A stretch of 44,699 nt of DNA. Source: Candidatus Hydrogenedentota bacterium. Lineage in GTDB: Bacteria > Hydrogenedentota > Hydrogenedentia > Hydrogenedentales > JAEUWI01. The notes beneath the pieces were generated by a model. It ran no database searches and was not told the origin of the DNA. It saw nothing but the letters and a program-made list of their open reading frames with translations. This document shows positions 37,571-44,699 of the stretch, piece by piece. Position numbers and translations under genes: made by a program. Each line of letters starts with the position of its first letter. Position 1 is the first letter of the stretch. The DNA lies in NCBI GenBank assembly GCA_024280935.1, contig JAJRPE010000548.1:1-44699 (forward strand), given 5' to 3'.

Positions 37571-38491
37571 ATGGATATCATCGTTGCCAAGCCCCGTGGA
37601 TTTTGTGCGGGCGTAGAACGTGCTATAAAGTGTGTCGAGCAAGCCTTGGAACGCTATGGCGCCCCGGTCTATGTGCTCAACAATATCGTGCATAACGCCC
37701 ATGTGGTCAACGAACTCCAAGATAAAGGTGCCGTCTTCGTGAAAGATATCGATGGCGTCCCAGAAGGTTCCCATCTCCTCTTCAGCGCCCATGGCGTGAG
37801 TCCCGAACGCTGGGAGCAGGCGAAACGTTTGAACCTCGAAGTAGTGGATGCCACGTGCCCCTTGGTGGAGAAGGTTCACTTTGAGGCGCGGCGCTTTGCA
37901 AAAAGAGGCTATAGCATCATCCTTATCGGAGAAGACGGCCACGATGAAACCATTGGTACCATGGGCCAGGCGCCCGAGCACATCATCCTTGTAACGACAA
38001 AAGAGGAGGTGGATACGCTGAAGGTCCCCGACCCCGATAATCTTTCTTATATCACGCAAACGACGCTTAGCGTGGACGATTGCCAGGAGATTATCGACGC
38101 GCTGAAGGCAAAGTTTCCGAATATCATGCAGCCGCCAAAAGACGATATTTGCTACGCCACCACCAATCGCCAGGCGGCGGTAAATGCCTTGGCGATGGAG
38201 GTGGACCTGGTATTGGTCGTGGGCGACCAGGAGAGCGCGAATTCGGCCCGTCTGGCAGAAATTGCACGAAGCAAGGGCCGACCAGCCCATCTGATTCTGG
38301 ATGCCTCCTATATTGAAGAGGCTTGGCTCGATGATGTGGAGCGCATTCTCCTGACATCGGGCGCATCGGTTGATGACAAGCATGTTCAGGGCGTGATTCA
38401 GTTTTTTCAGGAGCGTGAGCCTTGCCAGGTGGAAGAGCGCGAGCTGGTGGAAGAAAATGTGTATTTCCGCCTGCCTACAGCGATTGCGTAG
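37571..38491 (+). CDS. ispH: 4-hydroxy-3-methylbut-2-enyl diphosphate reductase
   Basis: PRGFCAGVERA, IVHN, SAHGV, DATCPLV, GHDE, TQTTLS, DICYATTNRQ and SANS motifs. Confidence 0.96.
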   Translation: MDIIVAKPRGFCAGVERAIKCVEQALERYGAPVYVLNNIVHNAHVVNELQDKGAVFVKDIDGVPEGSHLLFSAHGVSPERWEQAKRLNLEVVDATCPLVEKVHFEARRFAKRGYSIILIGEDGHDETIGTMGQAPEHIILVTTKEEVDTLKVPDPDNLSYITQTTLSVDDCQEIIDALKAKFPNIMQPPKDDICYATTNRQAAVNALAMEVDLVLVVGDQESANSARLAEIARSKGRPAHLILDASYIEEAWLDDVERILLTSGASVDDKHVQGVIQFFQEREPCQVEERELVEENVYFRLPTAIA

Positions 38492-38841
38492 GGACGTACC
38501 GCCGCCAACGCGACGTACGGAAGGGACAGGCCCGACGTGGCTTGTGCAGCAACCGGCGAAGTACACCGCCCGCCCCAATGCGGCGGCATGTCCCGGTGGA
38601 GATGTGAACCCCACGTTCCCTTTACAAGCAAAGCGTGAAACAGGTGTCGCGCCTGTTTTTTCACACCGCAATGCGTGACGACAACACAAAGTTGGCAAGG
38701 GCAAAAAAGTGCCATACGGGATTCCACGAAGATCAGGAAATCTGGTCTCGGCCCACAGGGACAGGCCCGCGCATTGGAGTTTTTTCCTGTACCAGTGCCT
38801 GGCAGCTTGCCCTGCCCATACGCGCACCTTGGTAATTGAGG

Positions 38842-40731
38842 TTACGTGCGCGGGTCCGCCCCCCACAGAGAAAACATGAGTAAGGCGAATAAGAGGTGCC
38901 CGTGATCGCGTCGCTTGGACATGTGCTCGGTGATGAGGTGTTCGACGCGGGCGCGTTGCAATAAGGGCACGCCACTGACACCCAACAAGATGTCGTGGAC
39001 CAGTTCGCGCCAGGGGCCTGCAACCCAATGAGACACGGGGGAATTAAAGCCTGCCTTTTTTCGCCGGATGACGCGGTCGGGCACCTGCCCTTGGGCCGCC
39101 TTGCGCAGGATGTGTTTGCCCCGTAGCCCACGGAGTTTGAGGTGGGGTGGAAGTCCCGCGCAGAATTCGACGAGCCGGTGGTCGAGGAAGGGGCTGCGCA
39201 CTTCGAGGCCGTGGGCCATGCTCGCCCGATCCACTTTGACCAGGATGTCGTTCAAAAGCCAGGTCTTGTAATCCACGTAGAGCATACGGTCCAGCGGGTT
39301 GAGGTCGGGTACTTCGGCATAGGCGCTGCGAAAAGGCGCCAGCGGCTCAAAGCCGTTCTGCCAGGCATCGGGTTCCACGAGTTCTCGAAGGGCTTCGTGG
39401 GACAGCAACATGCGCCACCAGCCGTGGGCGTCGCAGGGGTTTCGCCGTGCGCCGGACAGAAACTGCTTGAGTTTGTAGACGGTGCCTACCTTCCGGCGGC
39501 TGTCCGGGAGCTGTTGGACAAGGGTGTCGGCCAGCGCCAGCAGGGGCGCGGGCGCACGGTGTATCCATCCGTGGATCTTGTCGGCGGCATGGGTGGTGTA
39601 CCCGGCTAACAACTCGTCGCCGCCATCACCGGAAAGGGCCACGGTCAGGTGGCTCCGCGCTTCCCGGCAGAGGACGTAGGTGGGCAGAATAGAGGTATCG
39701 GCAAAAGGTTCGTCGAGGTGCCCCGCGACCTTCAAGAGCAAATCGGGGTCTTCACAGGCCACGATGGCATCCACATGATCCGTGCCGAGCTCCTCAGCGA
39801 CGAGGGATGCCCACGGGAGTTCGCTGTAGCTCCGCTCCTCGAATCCCATGCTGAATGTTTTGAGGCGGGACTGGTGCTGGAGGACCTGGGCGCAGATGAG
39901 GCTGGAGTCCAGTCCTCCGCTCAGAAAAGCACCCAAGGGCACCTCGCTCAAAAGGCGCTCGCTGACACATTGGCCCAGCAAGGCATTGAAGGCCTCCTGA
40001 TAGGCGGAGTCATTGAGCACCGGCTCATTCTGGCGTGCAGTCCAGATTTCGGCGAAATCCCAGTAGCAGGTCGTCTTCGTCGATTTTCCGGGTTCCCAAG
40101 TGAGGTAGCTGCCCCCATCGAGTTGCTCGATGCCTTCGATGATCGATTTTTGTCCGACGATATAACCCAAGGTCAGGTAGTGATGCGCCGCCGTGGTGTT
40201 GAGCGTGTTCTGTAAGGCGGGCACCAAACGAAGCGCCCGCAGTTCGGAGGCGAAGTAGAGGGAGCCATCGTGGCCGCTTGCCCAGTAGAGGGGCTTGACA
40301 CCCAGGCGGTCACGAACCAAGTAGAGGCGTTGATGAGGGCCATCCCAGAGGGCGAAGGCAAACATGCCAACGAGACGACGGAGCAATTCGTCCATCCCCC
40401 ACTGCGCGTAGCCCTGGAGCAGGATTTCCGTGTCGGATTGGGTGCGGAAGCTAAGACCCTTGGATTCCAGTTGGGCGCGCAACTCGGGAAAGTTGTATAT
40501 TTCGCCGTTGTAGGTCAGCACCAGGCCCCGTTCGACAAGTTCCATGGGCTGATGCCCGCTGGCTACCCCCACGACGGAGAGACGCCGGTGCCCGAGTCCA
40601 ACGTGGGTCGTAATAACCGTTCCACCGTCATCAGGACCCCGGTGGGCGAGGGACTGGGTCATTCGGTCAAGGAGAGGGCCGTCGGGCCGCTGGTTGTGAA
40701 CCGGGTGGGCGATACCGCAGATGCCACACAT
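38842..40731 (-). CDS. asnB: Asparagine synthase (glutamine-hydrolysing) family amidotransferase
   Basis: MCGICG, HRGPD, GHRRLS, NGEIYN, RDRLGVKPLY, FLSGGLDSS, LSGDGGDE and EVRSPFLD motifs. Confidence 0.93.
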   Translation of the reverse strand: MCGICGIAHPVHNQRPDGPLLDRMTQSLAHRGPDDGGTVITTHVGLGHRRLSVVGVASGHQPMELVERGLVLTYNGEIYNFPELRAQLESKGLSFRTQSDTEILLQGYAQWGMDELLRRLVGMFAFALWDGPHQRLYLVRDRLGVKPLYWASGHDGSLYFASELRALRLVPALQNTLNTTAAHHYLTLGYIVGQKSIIEGIEQLDGGSYLTWEPGKSTKTTCYWDFAEIWTARQNEPVLNDSAYQEAFNALLGQCVSERLLSEVPLGAFLSGGLDSSLICAQVLQHQSRLKTFSMGFEERSYSELPWASLVAEELGTDHVDAIVACEDPDLLLKVAGHLDEPFADTSILPTYVLCREARSHLTVALSGDGGDELLAGYTTHAADKIHGWIHRAPAPLLALADTLVQQLPDSRRKVGTVYKLKQFLSGARRNPCDAHGWWRMLLSHEALRELVEPDAWQNGFEPLAPFRSAYAEVPDLNPLDRMLYVDYKTWLLNDILVKVDRASMAHGLEVRSPFLDHRLVEFCAGLPPHLKLRGLRGKHILRKAAQGQVPDRVIRRKKAGFNSPVSHWVAGPWRELVHDILLGVSGVPLLQRARVEHLITEHMSKRRDHGHLLFALLMFSLWGADPRT

Positions 40732-40984
40732 GGGTTATACCAATTCGTGTCGTGGATAGCAGAAAAGGCCGCAGGTGTTCACGGCGGGCAGGCGTGCGGA
40801 CTTTCCAGTCCGCAACAAATGCAGCGGCGTGCCAGCAAAGGCCACTTGTGCTATTCCATGTTCCCCGTATAGCTTCTGAGCCAACGCACACCTTGTGGCG
40901 GGTAAGAAAACCCGCCCTCCTGTATTCCGAACGCACGAACCCTCGTTCCTCGGGATCGTGCGGCACAACCGAGGTATCGTGGCA

Positions 40985-41905
40985 CTACCGCGAGTCATCA
41001 TCGACTCGCGGTACATAGCCCCGCTCCGGCGCGGCGATATCGCCTACGCCCAACTGGTTTCGGACGGCAAGGAAACCCATGGCCAGGATAATGTTGGCAG
41101 CACAGAAACCCATGCCCGCCAGCAGCAGGGCAGGGAAGGTCGCGGGAAAGACGAGTAGGGTAACCAGTGCCATAAGCGTGGCCGCGACCACGCCCCCACT
41201 CTGGAGAAGAAAAAGCTTAATGGGGTTGAAGAGCACGATGGTCATGACAATGATTTGCAGCGCGCGCTTGGAATCCCGGAATAGCTTGACGTGGCTCTTG
41301 CCTTTTCGGGGATAGTAGTCGATCGGGCAATAGGCCACGTGATGGCCGGTTTGAAAGGCGATGATGGTGATACTCGTGGTGAAGGAGAAACCGCCCGAGA
41401 GTACGGGCGCGAAACGACGTACCATGTCGCGGCGAATGACCCGCAGGCCACTGTTGATATCCGGGATAGGCTGGCCCACGACGAATTCGCAGATCCACTT
41501 GAAGCAAAAACGCAGCCCCGACTTCATGGCACTTTCGTAGTAATGGCTCCCCTGGCGGGCACCCACGTGCATATCGTAGTCCCGTTCTTCCGCCGCAGTC
41601 AGCATACCGGGAAGGGCATCCAGGGGATAGGTGCCGTCGGCGTCCGTAATGCCGATCCAAGGGTGGCTTGCGTTGCGGATGCCCGTCAGCAAGGCATTGC
41701 CATAGCCCTTGTTGGTCGGGTGGGCGATGACCAGGGCATCCGTCTCCCGCGCCAGGGCCAGGGTGTCGTCGCTGGAGTAGTCGTCCACCACGATGATCTC
41801 GCATTCATGGGGAGACTCAGCGAAGGCCTTTTTCACCTCATGGACCGTTTCCCGGATGGACCCGGCCTCGTTGTAGGCGGGAATCACGATGCTGATGGCT
41901 GCCAT
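40985..41905 (-). CDS. Glycosyltransferase family 2 with C-terminal TM helices
   Basis: SIVIPAYNE, VVDDYSSD, NKGYGNA, DADGTY and DINSGLR motifs. Confidence 0.92.
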   Translation of the reverse strand: MAAISIVIPAYNEAGSIRETVHEVKKAFAESPHECEIIVVDDYSSDDTLALARETDALVIAHPTNKGYGNALLTGIRNASHPWIGITDADGTYPLDALPGMLTAAEERDYDMHVGARQGSHYYESAMKSGLRFCFKWICEFVVGQPIPDINSGLRVIRRDMVRRFAPVLSGGFSFTTSITIIAFQTGHHVAYCPIDYYPRKGKSHVKLFRDSKRALQIIVMTIVLFNPIKLFLLQSGGVVAATLMALVTLLVFPATFPALLLAGMGFCAANIILAMGFLAVRNQLGVGDIAAPERGYVPRVDDDSR

Positions 41906-42133
41906 GGACGATCCTTCAAGGCTGATTCAGGTGATGGCGCGTTGCGGACGCTACGCCCGTACAACGGCAAGGAGGAGTCTAGTGCGTGATTCTGGAGCAA
42001 GTCAAACGGAGTGTAGGATTCGCCCGTGATCGCACGTGCATGTTACCATGATTTGGGTCCGTGCCGATTCCCGGCGTGGGTAAATTTCAACGCTGGGGCA
42101 CGTCCTGCGGGGCGGGGCCAGAGGAGCAGCAGG

Positions 42134-42913
42134 ATGCAATTACGGACAATAGGGTCTTTCGGGGTATTGATGGCCTTGGCGCTAACAGTCGCGGCAGATG
42201 AAGATGCCCAAATCATGCGGCGTATTGTGGCTGCCCATGGCAATGCGGTGGTGACGGTAAAAATGACGATCAAGCAGACAATGACCATGGCTGAATATGG
42301 TACAGAAGAAAGCGAATATACGCAGGAAATCATTGCATCGGTAATCTCGAAAGATGGGCTGATGGTAACTTCGCTCCTGGAGTTGGATCCCTCCAAAATG
42401 ATGAATGCATACTTCTCCGACGAAGAGGAGGACGGCTTCGAGACCAAAACCGACGTAACCGCACTCCGTGTTTTACAGGACGGAAAAGAAATCGATGCAG
42501 AAATTGTGCTGCGCGATACCGATCTCGATTTGGCGTTTCTGAGGCCCGTAAAGAAGCCCGAAGCAGACTGGACCCACGTGGATTTATCTGCGGATGTGGC
42601 GGTCCAAACCTTCGAGAAAATATACATTCTGTACCGTATGGGGAAAGTCGCCCAACGCCTCCCGGATGCCTACCCCTATCGCATCTCCGCAGTAGTCGAA
42701 AAGCCGCGAAAACTATACATCCTCGGCGAGTCCACTGGAGCGGGCAACCCGATCTTCACCAAATCAGGAGCCTGCCTGGGCATCAATGTGACGCGAACCT
42801 TGAACGTTTCCGAGAGCGGCGATATGGATTTCGATGTGGCCAGCATCGTTATTCCTGGACCGGACATCATGAAAATCACGGAGCAGGTGCCACCCTACAA
42901 ATCGGCAAAGTAG
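42134..42913 (+). CDS. Secreted trypsin-like (HtrA-type) fold protein, apparently lacking catalytic residues
   Basis: Signal peptide; AVVTV, VISKDGLMVT, DLDLAFL and GNPIF..SGACLGI follow the trypsin_2 pattern but the His and GxSG motifs are missing. Confidence 0.55.
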   Translation: MQLRTIGSFGVLMALALTVAADEDAQIMRRIVAAHGNAVVTVKMTIKQTMTMAEYGTEESEYTQEIIASVISKDGLMVTSLLELDPSKMMNAYFSDEEEDGFETKTDVTALRVLQDGKEIDAEIVLRDTDLDLAFLRPVKKPEADWTHVDLSADVAVQTFEKIYILYRMGKVAQRLPDAYPYRISAVVEKPRKLYILGESTGAGNPIFTKSGACLGINVTRTLNVSESGDMDFDVASIVIPGPDIMKITEQVPPYKSAK

Positions 42914-43026
42914 CCGAATTGGGCATCGTTTTTCCTGTCAAGGTCGCCGCTTGCTACAATAGTCCAATTAACGTGAACATACAACCGGGCCCTCTGGGCC
43001 GCTCAAAAGAAAGCAACCCCGACATC

Positions 43027-44310
43027 ATGAATATGGAAACGTCGAACGGTCTCTTTGAAGAAGCCAACAAAACTCTCGTGGGCGGCGTTAATAGCCCCGT
43101 GCGCGCCTTCAACGGCGTGGGTGGCAATCCTTTTTTTGTTCGATCTGGCAAAGGCCCCGTAATCACCGATGCCGATGGCAATGAACTCATCGACTATGTG
43201 CTCTCGTGGGGGCCTTTGATTCTTGGTCATGCCGATGCTGGCATTGAGACGGCAGTCAGGGAGGCCCTGTCGCGGGGCGCGAGCTTTGGCATCCCCACGG
43301 AGGCCGAGATTCGGCTGGCGGAGAAACTGGTTGAGATAGTGCCCTGTCTGGAGAAGGTCCGGCTGGTAAACAGCGGTACGGAAGCCACCATGAGCGCGAT
43401 TCGCCTGGCACGGGGCTACACGGGACGTGATCTTGTGGTGAAGATTGAGGGCTGTTACCACGGACATGTGGACAGCCTCCTCGTGAAAGCAGGAAGCGGC
43501 CTGACGACCCTGGGCGTGCCCACGAGTCCGGGGATTCCCGAGGGGATCGCCGCGACGACGCTGACAGTGCCCTTCAATGACCCAGCGGCGATGGAAGCCG
43601 TATTTAAAGCCCATGGCGAGAACATCGCCTGTGTGATCGTGGAACCGGTCGCAGGGAACATGGGCGTGATTCCGCCCGAGCCGGGTTATCTGGCCAGCTT
43701 GCAAAAGATTTGCAAGGGCCAGGGTGCCCTGCTGATTTTTGATGAGGTGATGTCCGGTTTTCGTGCTGCTCTGGGTGGTGCGCAAGAACGCTACGGCATC
43801 ACGCCCGACCTCTGCACCCTTGGCAAGGTCATTGGCGGTGGCCTGCCCGTGGGTGCCTATGGGGGTTCGGCGGAAATCATGGACCACCTCTCCCCCGTCG
43901 GGCCGGTCTACCAGGCGGGCACCCTGTCGGGGAATCCACTGGCTACGGCTGCGGGATTGGCCGCACTGGATGCCCTTTCCCAGCCGGGTGTTTTTGCCAA
44001 CATCGAAGCGAAGCTCACGGAACTTGGCACGGGTCTCGGGGTCATTGCCCGCGAGGCGGGAATTCCGGTGTACCAGACCCAAGTGGGGACGATGGCATGC
44101 CTGTTTTTTCACGACGGCCCCGTGCGCAACTATGCTGAAGCTACGGCGTCAGACACAGAGCGCTACGCGAAGTTCTTCTGGGGCATGCTCGACCGTGGCG
44201 TCTACTTTGCGCCATCCCAGTTTGAAGCATGCTTCATGAGCCGTGCCCATGAAGAGACCCACATTAACAAGACCCTGGATGCGGCGCGGGAAGTGTTTGC
44301 GACGCTGTAG
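43027..44310 (+). CDS. hemL: Glutamate-1-semialdehyde 2,1-aminomutase
   Basis: GGVNSPVRAF, DYVLSWGPLILGH, VNSGTEATMSAIRLARG, GCYHGH, FDEVMSGFR, LGKVIGGGLPVGAYG, YQAGTLSGNP and PSQFE motifs. Confidence 0.97.
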   Translation: MNMETSNGLFEEANKTLVGGVNSPVRAFNGVGGNPFFVRSGKGPVITDADGNELIDYVLSWGPLILGHADAGIETAVREALSRGASFGIPTEAEIRLAEKLVEIVPCLEKVRLVNSGTEATMSAIRLARGYTGRDLVVKIEGCYHGHVDSLLVKAGSGLTTLGVPTSPGIPEGIAATTLTVPFNDPAAMEAVFKAHGENIACVIVEPVAGNMGVIPPEPGYLASLQKICKGQGALLIFDEVMSGFRAALGGAQERYGITPDLCTLGKVIGGGLPVGAYGGSAEIMDHLSPVGPVYQAGTLSGNPLATAAGLAALDALSQPGVFANIEAKLTELGTGLGVIAREAGIPVYQTQVGTMACLFFHDGPVRNYAEATASDTERYAKFFWGMLDRGVYFAPSQFEACFMSRAHEETHINKTLDAAREVFATL

Positions 44311-44400
44311 GGGGTGAAAATGAGATTGACACAAGACAGGCGCTCTGGATAAGTAAGCCTTCACTATCCATGGCCTCTTGGTCCTTAATAAATCAACCTT

Positions 44401-44524
44401 CGGGTGCCACGGGTAGGCCTCTCAGGGCTTACCCGTGTAGTTTCTATCAGTGAGAGAGATGAGCCAAATTCCGAAGTAGCGGTACTGCACGGGTAAACCC
44501 TACCGGGCCTACCCGTGGCACCCG
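44401..44524. repeat. 124-bp palindromic REP/REPIN-like element, copy 2
   Basis: Arms identical to 24234-24357 and a diverged spacer of the same length; shares the downstream TGTCCGTGTCGTGAACG. Confidence 0.88.
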
Positions 44525-44699
44525 ACGTTTTTTTGTTGATTATGAGATTATGAGTTGTCCGTGTCGTGAACGAGCAAGGTTTTTCAGTCGCTTGCCGACT
44601 TGGAAACCCCGTTGGACTGAACGCGGGGTGCTTAAAAGGACGGCTACGAATAGCAGTCGTGCCGCACGATCCCCAAAAGGCGAGTATCAACGAGTCCTG

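Noticed and set aside
1-44699. CRISPR array, tRNA/rRNA genes, integrase or att sites
   Set aside because: No regularly spaced repeat-spacer series, cloverleaf or rRNA-like sequence, or recombinase ORF was seen by eye; a tRNAscan/Infernal run would be needed to fully exclude small RNAs.

Overview
The window has two parts. 1-~20.9 kb is a defence island built on a complete type 1 BREX operon (brxA-brxB-brxC-pglX-pglZ-brxL). Its pglX methyltransferase is cleanly split into an N-terminal catalytic gene (5137-6930) and a C-terminal TRD/scaffold gene (9920-11767). A 998-aa reverse transcriptase-nitrilase fusion (UG/DRT class 3-like) sits between the halves and is translationally coupled to both by ATGA overlaps. 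A Schlafen/AlbA_2 ATPase-like gene and an AAA_21 ATPase + RloB pair lie between pglX and pglZ. BrxL ends in a PLD-like (MIT_C-type) domain rather than a Lon protease domain. The island ends at an abrupt junction (~20.89 kb) where two 5'-truncated genes meet back to back. ~20.9-44.7 kb is ordinary chromosome: an enolase-superfamily enzyme, TIGR02757, a Wzx-like flippase, three Tat-exported Gfo/Idh/MocA oxidoreductases (two from a tandem duplication), TPR proteins, fbaA, ispH, asnB, a GT2, a trypsin-fold protein and hemL. This part also carries several small palindromic REP/MITE-like elements. Gene content suggests a Hydrogenedentota/Planctomycetota-like bacterium (inference only). Family assignments come from recognised motifs, not database searches.
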